Shown here one piece after another: positions 13,401 through 27,442 of a stretch of 64,000 bases of DNA. Source of the DNA: Lama guanicoe. Lineage: Eukaryota. The notes beneath the pieces were generated by a model that was not told the origin of the DNA, ran no database searches, and saw nothing but the letters and a program-made list of their open reading frames with translations. The stretch is from assembly GCA_013239625.1 (NCBI GenBank), contig MU053559.1:1116001-1180000 (forward strand). Reading direction: 5' to 3'. The translations under genes and the position numbers were made by a program. Position 1 is the first letter of the stretch; each line of letters begins with the position of its first letter.

Positions 13401-13469
13401 GAAGGTCATGTTCATGGAGCAAAACCATTTCTAAAGCCTTGGGAGGATCAGTCTCCCATTGCCAATGTC

Positions 13470-13541
13470 TTTCATCTGATCTAGCAGTCGAGACTCTTGG
13501 TTTTCTCCCAGGCAGCCCGCATCTGACTCCTGGTATGGGAA
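13470..13541 (+). pseudogene. Decayed tRNA-Glu(TTC) pseudogene
   Basis: 72 nt, gap-free collinear with the recalled tRNA-Glu-TTC (TCCCATATGGTCTAGCGG...CTGGTTTTCACCCAGG...GACTCCCGGTATGGGAA). About 55/72 identities by hand count. B box disrupted; no CCA. Confidence 0.8.
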
Positions 13542-14787
13542 TGGGGAATTTTTTATTATTGTTTTTTAATTGAGACTTAATTTACATACAATAAACTGCA
13601 CAAATCTTAGGTTTACTCATTTGATAACTATTGTGTACCCCTATTAGGTTTACTCATTTGATAACAATTGTGTAACCCCATCCACACACACTCCAGTCAA
13701 GATACAGAATATTTCCATCACCTGGGAAGTTCCCTCTTACCTCTTATGAGTTAATTCCTACCCCAGAGACAATCACTGATCTGCTTTCTGTCACAATAGA
13801 TTACTTTTATTTATGTTTGATATTTTCCATAATAAGAAGAATTTTAAAGTATCAAATTTATTTTTCTTAATGGATGAACTGCAGATTGGAAGAACTAATG
13901 GGATGGCATCTTGATAAATTTAACTAACACTTAGTAAATGAGGGTGATGGCATGCTATATACAAAGTGCAGAAAGTGTAATATATATATATTCAAATGTA
14001 TGCTGTATTGGGGGGCATCTGGTGATTAATTCAAATACCCTGGGTAGTCATAATCATTATGGAATGCTCAGGGGAAAAAAAGCAAAACAAGTACTTAATT
14101 TAACATCAGTGTACCATGGCATACTGCTACCAAGTACTAAAGGTGAAGAATTCACTTTTGCTTATCAAGAAAAGTACAAGAGAAAACATTCACAAGGTTG
14201 AGAGTTTTGTCACTATATAGACCTCCACTAAAGGAAACTCTGGAGGGTATTTTTCAGGCAAAGAAGAAAAGGATCCTGGAAGAAACGCAGAAAGGAATGA
14301 AGACTAGCCAAAGTGGTGAATAGGTGGATAAAATGAAATAAACATATAAAACAAAAGTGTTTTCTGGGGAGGTGCACACACACACACACTTAGATACATA
14401 CATATAGATACACACATGTATATTACATATAAATATATATACCCCATAATACATCATTACATTTTTAATGTATGTATATACATGTATCTGAGCAAATTTT
14501 CTATTAAAAGATTAACTTTCAAAGACAATTTCTTGGAAAAAACCATAAAATACTATTTAAAATTAAAAAGATGAGTTAAAAAAAATAAAAAGACACACCA
14601 CATTCATGGATGGAAGGGCCTAAAGCCATTTTACACCTTTCAGATTGACAACAACTTAAAAAACAACAGAGAATAAGTCCTGGTGAATATGCGTGAAAAT
14701 GTAAACTTTTCCCCAAACTGCTTGTGACAGTGTAAACTAGTACAATTTTTTTTAAAACTTCAATATTTAGTCAAGTTGAAAAACTTC

Positions 14788-15417
14788 TGTATCAATCAGA
14801 ACCCAGCTAGGAGACAGAAACCATACCAGTTATTTTAACAGAGAGAACTTATTATAATGAATTTTTAACTAGTTATGAAGTTATTAATCATATAACTTAA
14901 GAGACAAAAGGAGAACATTAAAATTACTATGAAGATAGCAACTGCAGAAAGCAGCTGGGCTAGGGTAACAAGGGAAGAAACCGGAATTTAAACATAGAAG
15001 GTTGGAAGCAGAGTCTCCTGTGACTGGGACTCGTACCTCTAAGGAGGTGGCACCAGCCAGCTACCGCTAGTGTCTCCGGGGGGGGGGGGGGACCATAAAG
15101 CTGTTAGTGCTGGAAAACTGAAAACTGGATTAAATTGCTGCTAACATGAGGAACAGCTGCTACCCAAGTGAAGAAGGAATGCTGGGCTGACAATCAGATG
15201 AACAGGGAGCCAACAGGAAGGGGGGAAAAGGATCATGTCCCTTTTTCCTTCCCCAGGCTCAACAGTCATATTGAGTATCTCTTATGGGCAAGGTCCAACA
15301 GGAAGCAGCAGCTGACAAGACAGAAATGTGTTTTGTAGAGTCATGGCCACAGCATCACGAAGCACAGTATAGAAGGGTGGGTTTGGAGCTGGGGCACAAT
15401 AGCTTAATAACTGGCAT
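14788..15417 (-). mobile_element. Old ERVL-type solo LTR within L1 remnants
   Basis: TGTATCAATCAG..CCAG..AGGAGACAGAAACCA.ACCAGTTATTT terminus resembles the LTR41/LTR52 group; family assignment uncertain. Confidence 0.5.
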
Positions 15418-15709
15418 ACTGCCTACACCCTATGACCCATCGTTGCCACTTCTAGATTTAAACACTAAGCACAGAAACGATACAAACATCTTTCACTAGG
15501 GGAATGGAGAGAGAAATAAATAAACCAGACCTATATTTATCAACATGGATAGATTTTGGAAAGGTAACATTTTATGAAAAAAAGCAAGCCTCATGACTTT
15601 AAAAACAATATGATGTAAAGGATTTAAAGGAAATACAGCATTATATATTGCAGACTTCACATTATACAGAAAAAACTTAGGGTGGATTAAAATCGTAAAT
15701 GTTGAAAGT

Positions 15710-18191
<2,482 letters not shown>

Positions 18192-18279
18192 AAATGTTCA
18201 AAGTAAAACCTTCACTTTAGAGAAGGGTATAGGAGATTATTATCACCTTGAAACTAACACCAAAACATAAAACCTCAGT

Positions 18280-18413
18280 GGGGAGGGTATAGCTCAGTGG
18301 TAGAGTGCGTGCCTAGCATGCACGAGGTCCTGGGTTCAATCCCCAGTCCCGCCATTAAAAAAAATTTTTTTAAATAAATAAATAAAACCTAATTACCTCC
18401 CCTCCCTCCCCAA
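18280..18413 (+). mobile_element. vic-1-type tRNA-Ala SINE
   Basis: GGGGAGGGTATAGCTCAGTGGTAGAG..GGTTCAATCCCCAG..AATAAAACCTAATTACCTCCCC. TSD AAAACCTCAG at 18269-18278 and 18414-18423. Confidence 0.92.
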
Positions 18414-18992
18414 AAAACCTCAGCAAAAGAGTTAGCAAAATTAAAGAACCAGTCACAGTCTGAGAGAAGGTATTTGCAACACACATGACCGAAAAAAGGA
18501 TTTTTATATTCTCATATATTAAATACAACAACAAAAACAACATTTAAACCAAGAAGTAAAAGATAAACAGCCCATTAGAAAACAATGAGCAAAGGCTATG
18601 AACAGTTATTGCACAGAAGAAATAAAAACAAATGGTCAGTCAACAGCTGGAGGATGTTCAACCTCACCACTAATTAGGGAAATCCAAATGGAATGAAAAC
18701 GAGCCATTCCCTAAGGGGATCGAATCAATTTCCACACCAGTGTAGGAGCCAAATTGTTACAGGTGCACTATGTGTGCCCCGGTAATCAGATGGCCCAAAG
18801 GGCTTGGTCAAATGGTGACAGGAGTCTTCTTAGAGAAGCTTCCTCCATAGTACAAGGCAAGGGCTGGCCTCCGTGAGTTCTCTGATGTTCTGTGACGTTG
18901 GTTTTCTGGCCAAAGACTTTCCAACATTCTTGACATTCAAAGATTATGTCACTGAGGCATACTTTCACATAGAAGGCATTTCTCCCTTGACT

Positions 18993-20020
18993 TCAGTCAT
19001 AAAGTTTCTCGCCTGAGTGAGTTCTCTGGTGTTGACAAAGGGATTTCTTCATACTGAAGATTTTTCCACATTCGCTACATTCATAGGGTTTCTCTCCTGA
19101 ATGCAGCCTCTGATGTTCAACGAGGCGTGCTTTGACATAGAAGGCGTTGCCACATTTATTACATTCATAAGGTTTCTCTCCTGTGTGAATTCGCTGATGT
19201 ATCCCGAGAGATGAGTGCACGCGGAAAGATTTCCCACATTCGTTACACTGATAGGGTTTCTCACCTGTGTGAGTTCTCTGGTGATTGCTGAGAGTCATCT
19301 TCATTCTGAAGAATTTCCCACATTCACTGCATTTATAGGGTTTCTCCCCCGTGTGAATCCTTTGATGTTGGTTTAGGGATTTTTTTGCACGGAAGTTTTT
19401 CCCACAGTCACCACATTCATAGGGTTTCTCCCCCGTGTGAGTTCTCTGGTGTTGCGTAAGGGATATCTTAACGCGAAACGTTTTCCCACATTCACCACAT
19501 TCGTAGGGTTTCTCCCCTGTGTGAGTTCTCTGATGGATCGTGAGGGTTGCCTTCTCAGAAAAGGTTTTCCCACATTCAGTGCATTCATAGGGTCTCTCTC
19601 CTGTGTGTGTTCTCCGATGTAGAATGAGTTGTGACTTCCTGCCAAAAGATTTTCCACATTCGTTACATTCAAAGGGCTTTTCCCCTGTGTGAGTTTTCTG
19701 ATGAGCAATGAGGTATGATCGTGCACTAAAGGTTTTTGCACATTCACCACATTTATAGGGTCTCTCTCCTGTGTGTATTCGCAGATGTTCAATAAGGTTT
19801 GATTTCCTGCAGTAAGTTTTCCCACATTCGTGACATTCAAAGTTTTTCTCTCCTGTGTGTGTTTTTTTATGTCCAACAAAGCCCGTTCTCTTGTAGAAGG
19901 CTTTCCTATATTTGACAGTTTGATCCAAAGTTTGAATCTTCTGATGCTGAAGAAGGTCATTATCATGACTGAGGGCATTACCACCAACAGAATTGTTGGC
20001 ACACAGCAGTGACAGAGAGC
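18993..20020 (-). CDS. ZNF157: ZNF157 last exon: spacer plus 10 C2H2 zinc fingers (spliced CDS 1323 nt, 440 aa)
   Basis: TTTTTAAAG acceptor, (G)[13 protein letters not shown]..., in frame with ORF 18993..19928. Ten CxxC..HxxxH fingers with TGEKPY-type linkers. Finger helices (RKSNL, ARSYL, RKSQL, EKATL, VKISL, AKKSL, MKMTL, VHSSL, VKARL, MKKSL) match recalled ZNF157. Confidence 0.95.
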
Positions 20021-20079
20021 CTTTAAAAACAAATCAGATCAGATCACTCTCACTCAAAACCCAACATAGGCTTCCCCTT

Positions 20080-20575
20080 GTCACAGTATAAAATAAAAGT
20101 GCTTAACAAAGCCTGTGAAACTACGTAACTTGGCCCCCAGCTAAAATTCTCTGATATCACCTCTCAAGACTCTCACCACCTACCCTTAAGCCACACAAAC
20201 GTCTTTGTTATTCCTACAATATATCACTCAGACCAGGCTGGTACTTACTGCTCTCTCTGCTCAGAATACTCCATGTGGCTCTGACTCTCTCACTTCACTG
20301 ATGTTGGCGCACTAAAGTTAACTCCACCAAAGAGTCTTCCCTGACCTCATTCCCCAAAAGCACAAACCCCATCACTGTCTACCCTTCTTATCTCGCACTG
20401 ATTTTCTTTCCACCAAACACTATGTATTTGTTTGTTTCTGGTCTCTTTCCCTCATTAGACTGCAAGCTCCAAGAGACTTGGATATTAGTTTATTCACCAC
20501 CGGATCCCCACACCTAGAACGCGACCAGGGTACAGCAGACCCTCATTTAAGATTTGGTGGATGACTGAATGAATG
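20080..20575 (+). mobile_element. L2 3' remnant in last intron
   Basis: TAGACTGCAAGCTCC..TTATTCACC..CACCTAGAAC..TGAATGAATG tail. Confidence 0.7.
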
Positions 20576-20945
20576 TAGGAATGAGTGCTTGATTACAGAA
20601 GGCATCCAAGGCAACAGAGGGAAGGAAGGCAACTGAGAACACTAAAGGGAGACAGACTAGCTAAAAATAAATGTCTAAGCTGAGGCAGGCAGGGAAAGAG
20701 AAGAGTGGTAAATGACCAGAAGAATCAAGATAAAATAGGAGAGAGCACTTCAGTGTGAGCAAGATGTTGGATTGTGGGATTTAGGTACCTAAAGCATATA
20801 GACCTTAAGTCCTCCAGTCGTTTTCAAAGAGCGAGGGCCTCTGAAAAGAGATTCCTGAAAAACACTGCCTGAACATAACCTTTGATCTGAATTCCTAAGC
20901 TTTTAATTCCCCTATTTTCTGTCTGCCCAGTTCTTGCTCACTCAC

Positions 20946-21041
20946 CTGGGTAACCATGGCCTGAGGATTCCTCCTCTAATATCCACAGTTCTTCCCCTCG
21001 TTCCAACTTGAAGATCATCTCTGGTTTGGCCACGCAGAGGC
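20946..21041 (-). CDS. ZNF157: ZNF157 KRAB-B exon (96 nt)
   Basis: TTAACAG acceptor, (G)LCVAKPEMIFKLERGEELWILEEESSGHGYP, then G|GTGAG donor. Phase 1-1 and 96 nt, typical of KRAB-B. Confidence 0.95.
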
Positions 21042-21308
21042 CTGTTAATGGGAAATGGCACAGGACGTGGGCCAAGCTGTCTGAGCTTTAGGGCCTCTGA
21101 TGGAGGAGAAAGGTGCATCTTCATGAGCTGCACAAGGAAGGGGGCCCATTTAAACCTTTCATTGGGGGAAGTGAGAACACACACACACACTCTTCCTGGT
21201 GCCCCAAACTGATAAATCGTCTGTGAGCCTTCAATCTAGAACTAAAGTGTCATTGAACTCTACAAAGGCTGGACACAGTACAGCAACCAAGAAAGGAAGC
21301 GTGTGCTA

Positions 21309-21554
<246 letters not shown>

Positions 21555-21573
21555 TTAGAAGAAGCTACACTGG

Positions 21574-22044
21574 TGTCGAGCGGAAAAAAAAAATGCACAA
21601 TGTGAGAGCTGTGACTTAAGTTTTATTGGGGGCCAAATGAGGAGCATAGCCCGGGTGACAGTCTCTCAGGTAGCACTGAGGCACTGCTCCAAAGAGGTGA
21701 TGGGGGAGGTCAGTATATATGTGATTTTGCTGAAGGGGGATACGTGCCATCAAGCACACGTTTTGGCAGAAGGTTGCTGCTAACCATGAGGAGCAGAGGT
21801 CTCCGTTAATGGTTTTAAGCTTTTCTAGATATAAGAAGATGCAAGAAACTAGGCTCATAAAATCTTTTCCCGAAAATATCTACCTGAAGGCCTGTTCTGC
21901 CAGAGGTTTTCCCAGAGCACAGAGTGCCTCATTTCTCATTTCGACCCTGAGCTCCTTTCAGGGTGTGTTGAAGGTCAGCGACTGCAGTGGCTAGTGACCC
22001 AATCTTTGTAGAGGCAGATGGCAAGGGCCAGTGTTTAGCGGGCA
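21574..22044 (-). mobile_element. ERV1-type solo LTR in ZNF157 intron
   Basis: TG..CA ends and TSD CTGG/CCGG. The 3' end (AATAAAAC..TTGTGCATTTT..TCGACA on minus) is shared with LTRs at 46817, 47750 and 54052. Confidence 0.85.
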
Positions 22045-22776
22045 CCGGACACCTGACTCTGTCTTGCTTGATATTATCCTTTGGGGGAGGAAAACTCCAA
22101 ACAGCCCTGCTAGTGTATTAATTTTTCAATTCATGAAGGAAAGACAACTGACTACTAAGTTAACAGTATGTGCCTAGACCTGTCCCAGTTGCTGGGGAAA
22201 CAACAATATACACAAAGCTAAACTGAAAGAACTGAAAGGAGAAATGGGAACATCCACAAATATGGCTGCCAACTTTCAACACCTCTCTTACTTATAAGAG
22301 GAACTAATAGACAGAAAATCAACCAGGCTATTGAAAAACTGAACACCACCAATCAACCAATGACTTTGTAGAACATTCCACTCAAAAACTAAGAGATCAA
22401 CTGTTTCTTCAAGTACACATGGAATATTCACCAAGCTAGACCATATCCTGGATCATAAAACAAACTTCAACACAATCAATCAAAGGGCCCACTGGGTACC
22501 AAGGAAAATTGACCTGGAACTCTGAGGTAATCTCCTGATAAAACTACTAGAATTTAAAGACAAGGAAAAAAATTCCTCAGGGTCTCCAGGCAAAGAATTA
22601 GATTGACATCAATTTCTCAAAAACAACATACAAAGCAAGGCATCTTCAAGAAACTTAAGGGAACAAAGTACAAAAGAAATTATATCCAGGCAAGATACCC
22701 TGCAAGTGTCAAGGCCTTTAGACAAAGTTTTAAATATGCCAAAATATGTGTGTTCTTCTCAGGGAATTTGCTAGAG

Positions 22777-22987
22777 TTGTGCTGTCTAATATGGTCGCTA
22801 CTAACCACATGTAGCTATTTAAATTCAAATTTTGATGAATTAGAGTGGAATAAAATTAAAAATTCAGTTTCTCAGTCACACTAGGCACATTTCCAATGCT
22901 CAATAACCACATATGGCTGGTTACAGTGCTGGGCAGCACAGATACGGAACATCCCCATCACTGCGGGAAGTTCTATTGGATAGCACT
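22777..22987. mobile_element. MER3-like hAT-Charlie DNA transposon
   Basis: Terminal inverted repeats GTGCTGTCTAATA / TATTGGATAGCAC and an internal AGCCACATGTGGCT-type motif. Confidence 0.8.
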
Positions 22988-23285
22988 ATACTAAATGATG
23001 TGCTTTGACCAAAAACAATGAATGGGAAAATTTTGGCCAAAGGACTGACAGTGGGCATTCCATATATTTAACTGGAAAGCTAAGACTAAAACAAGGCTGG
23101 GGTCACAGGTTAAAGGATAATCTATAAACATTAAGTGTCCTGACAAAGTAGGAAAAAAATGCAACTAAAATATGGGAGGAGCAGGGAAAGAAAAAGGGGG
23201 AAACTGAATAAAATCATTGACTGCTGTATAGGTAATAGATGAGAGACAAATTAGATGGTAAAAGATTAATAAAGAAAAAGGTAAA

Positions 23286-23413
23286 GGGGAGGGTATAGCT
23301 CAAGTGGTAAAGTGCATGCTTAGCATGCATGAGGTCCTGGGTTCAATCCCCAGTACTTCCTCTAAAAATAAATAAACCTAATTACCCTCCCCCGCAAAAG
23401 GAAACAAACAAAG
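23286..23413 (+). mobile_element. vic-1-type SINE
   Basis: tRNA-Ala head; TSD AAAGAAAAAGGTAAA on both sides. Confidence 0.9.
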
Positions 23414-23429
23414 AAAGAAAAAGGTAAAT

Positions 23430-24175
23430 TGGTACGGCCATTATGGAAAACAATGTAGAGGTTCCTCAAAAAATTAAAGCTAGAACTACCATATGATCCA
23501 GCAATCCCACTTCTGGGTATATATCCAAAGGAAATGAAATCACTATCCCGAAAAGATACCTGCACTCACATATTCACTGCAATATTATTCGCAATAGCCA
23601 AGATACAGAAACAACCTAAGTGTACAGTGATGGATGAATGGATAAAGAAGATCTGGTGTATATATATAGAATGGAATAGTATTCAGCCATGAGAAAGAAG
23701 GAAATGCTGCTGTTTGCAACAACATGGATGAACCTGGAGGACATTATGCTAAATGACATAAGACAGAAAGACAAATACCATATGATCTCCCTTATAGGAG
23801 AATCTAAGAAAAAAAATTGAACTCAGAAGCAAAGAGTAGAATGGTGGTTACCAAAGGTATGGGGGAAATGGGGAGATGTTGTTCAAAGAATACAAAGTCA
23901 CATTTATGTAGGATGAATAAAGTCTAGAGATCTAATGTACAAGCATGATGGCTATACTTAATAATACTGTATTGAACAATGGAAATATGGTAAGAGAGTA
24001 AATTTCTGGTGTATACTCATCACACACAAAAAATGGTAACTATGTGAGGAGATGATACGTTAATTAGCTTAACTGTAGTAATCATTTCACTATGTGTATG
24101 TATATCAAATCATCATGTTGTACACCTTAAATATATACAATTTGATAAATAAATATGTAACTTTAAAAAAAAAAT
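23430..24175 (+). mobile_element. L1MA-type 3' end
   Basis: CTACCATATGATCCAGCAATCCCACTTCTGGGTATATATCC through to an A tail; antisense to ZNF157. Confidence 0.88.
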
Positions 24176-25299
24176 AATGTTGACTAAGAGTACTATAAAA
24201 AGGATGAACACAGAGGTAACCCCCAGCATAAAAATATAAACCTTCCTAATTACCAAAAAAAAATTTAGAGGAAACACTCAATAGAGAAAGAAGCACACCA
24301 AATATAACATATACATGCAGTAATTACATCATAAAATAAAACAAGAGAATTGAGAAATACTTGTATTATTTATATTATCAAACAGTAATACAAATAAAGT
24401 TCCTGCATATGGCAACCAACTGTTAGAAGTTTAAAGACACAACTTGCTTCCATCAGCTTTCTTATGCAGTATTTCATGTACACAGTATCCCTATGCTTTC
24501 AGACAGCATGCTTTATTTAGAGGTATTTTGCTCTAAAACTCTTAATCCCACACAAAGTTACTGGTATATCACTGAGTAATTTGACTCTGGGTCAGACACA
24601 TTTTAATTATCCAATCAGATGATAATTCATATTCAGCCCTTCTCTTATTACTCATTAACTGGACACAAAATCTTGTAGGTTTTAATCTTACTTAAACACT
24701 GAATGAAAAAAAATCCTTTTAAAAAGAAAAACGCCACAGGAGATCTGTAATAGCATTTATGACGAGGTTATAATAGAAGACACGGTTTCCATGATTCATA
24801 TGGAGATCTAGCAAAAGATTTCTGGACTCTCGAGTATCAAGAAATCTTTACTATAGAGGAATTATCGATTTCTCTGTGAGGGCATTGTAATTCATATGTC
24901 TGACTGGAATGTCAGAATATCAGCAATAAATTTAGACTTTCAAAGTTTCTAGTTGTAAACAATTGTTGGCCAACATGCCTACATTCTAAAACTTGTGTTG
25001 ATATTTTCTTCTGTTAACTTCCTTTTATCCTAATATTTATCCTATTTATATTTAGAAGCTTCCTAAACACCACAGGAAAACAAAATTAACAAGTAAGTAA
25101 ATGAACCAACAAAAACTGGCTGGGGATGTGGCCATTTCTAACTCTCTTTTGGAAGATCTGGGAAGGAAGAGTTAGAGGAGGGTAAAGTACTGATCAGGAA
25201 AAAGTCACCATGCATTGCCCAGAATCATCAGCCTCCAAATAGCATTACTATTTACAGCGTGAAGAGGAAGATTTTTGACTATCATTTACAAAATCAAAC

Positions 25300-27408
25300 A
25301 CAGTACAAAAAAGAAAACTACACACCAATATCACTCATGAGTATAGAGGCAAAATTTCTGGACAAAATATTGGCAAATATAATTCAGTAATATATTAAAA
25401 GAATTCTACACCACGACCAACCGGGGTTTATTCCAGGGATGCAAGACAGGTTCAATATTCAAAAATCAATCCATGTAATCCACCACATTAACAGGGTTTT
25501 TAAAGTCACATGATCATATGAATCAGTGTAGAAAAAGCACTTGAGGAAACCTAACACTCATTCCTGCAAAACCCTGAATAGAAATAGAAATACAGAGAAA
25601 GCACCTCAATTTGATAAAGAGCGTCTAAGAACAAAACCATAGCTGACATTATACCCAGTGGTAAAAGACTGAAGACCAAGAGCAAGGCAAGGATGTCCAT
25701 TCTCACAACCCTTATTCACCATCATGCCGGAAGTTCTAACCAGTGCAATAAGGCAAGAAATGGAAATGAAAGGCATACTGAATAAAAAGAAAGAAAGAAA
25801 ACTGTCCCTTTTTCCAAATGACAAGGTCACAAAAATCAAGATAAACATACAAAAACCAATGTGTTAGCTATATGTTAGCAATGAAAACATGGGCTCCAAA
25901 ATAAAAAATATAAAACCATTTACAAACACTCAGAAGTATGAAACACTAAGTATAAATCTAACAAAGCTAAAAAAGCAAGACTTATAAGTTAAATATTACA
26001 ACAAGCTAGCAATCTTTTTTTTTTTATTGAGTTATAGTCAGTTTACAATGTTGTGTCAATAGCAATCTTGAGAAAGAAGAACAAGGCTGGAGGCATCACA
26101 GTCTCTGATTTCAAACTAGTTGACCCTTGAGCAATGCAGGATTAGGGGCATCGGCCCTCTGTGCAGTTGAAAATATATAGTTATAGTTGGCCCTCCATAT
26201 ACTTGGTTCCCCTTTATCCCCAGTTTCTTTGTATCCACAGATTCAACCAATTGTGAACCATGTAGGACTGTAGTATTTGCCATTGAAAATAATCCACATA
26301 TAAGAAGACCAGCAACCTGTGATGTTCAAGGATCAATTGTATATTACAAAGCTACAATAATCAAAACAGTATGGTACTGGTATAAAAACAGATACAAACA
26401 ACAGAACAGACTATAGAGCCCAGAAATAACCTACACATATGTGGTCAATTAATTTATGACAAAAGAGTCAAGACTGTACAATGGGAAAAGGACAGTATCT
26501 TAAGAAAATAGTGGTGGGAAAACTGGACAGCCACGTGCAAAAAATGAAACTGGACCACTATCTTACACCATATAAAAAATTAACTCAAAAGGGATTAAAG
26601 ATTTGAACGTAAGACCTGAAACCATAAAACTTCTAGAAAGCATAGGGGGTAAGCTCCTTGACATCAGTCTTGGTGATGATTTTTTTGGATCTGACACCAA
26701 AAGTAAAGGCAACCAAAGCAAAAATAAACAAGTGGGACTACATTAAATTAAAATGCTTCTGCACAGCAAAGGAAACCATCAACAAAATGAAAAGGCAACC
26801 TACTGAATGGGAGAAAATATCTGCAAATCATATGTCTGATAAGGGGTTAATATCTAAAATATATAAAGAACTCATACAACCCAATTGCCAAAAAAAATCC
26901 AATTAAAAAATGGACACAGGATCTGAACAGATATTTTTCCAGACAAGATATACAGATGGCCTGTTGGCCTGATGTCCTGTTGTACATGAAAAGATGCTCT
27001 ACATCACTAATCATCAGTGAAATGCAAATCAGAATCAGAGTGAGATATCACCTTATACCTGTTAGGATGGCTGTTATCAAGAAGACAACAAATAACAAGT
27101 GTTGGTGAGGATGTGGAGACAAAGGAACCCTTGTGCACTGTGGGGATGTAAATTGGGACAGCCACTACGCAAAACAGTATGAAGGTTCCTCAAAAAATTA
27201 AAAATAGAACTACCATATGATCCAGCAACTTCACTTCTGGGTAGTTGTCTGAAGAAAATGAAAACACTAACCCGAAAAGATATATGCACCCCCATGTTCA
27301 CTGCAGCATGATTTACAACAGCCAAGAAGCAGAAACAACCTAAATGTCCATCCAACTGATGAATGGATAAAGAAAATGTGATATATGTGTGTATGTATGT
27401 GTATATAC

Positions 27409-27442
<34 letters not shown>

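Noticed and set aside
18280..18352. tRNA-Ala-like sequences (about 14 copies) as tRNA genes
   Set aside because: They share SINE-type tails and TSDs; they are vic-1-type SINEs.
19049..20032. ORFs 19373..20032 and 19049..19264 (minus) and antisense ORFs over the zinc-finger exon
   Set aside because: Alternative-frame shadows of the C2H2 repeat, not independent genes.
24400..25000. Possible transposase or retrocopy remnant (also 60300-61000 and 61400-62150)
   Set aside because: No frame gave a peptide I could recognise; left unassigned.
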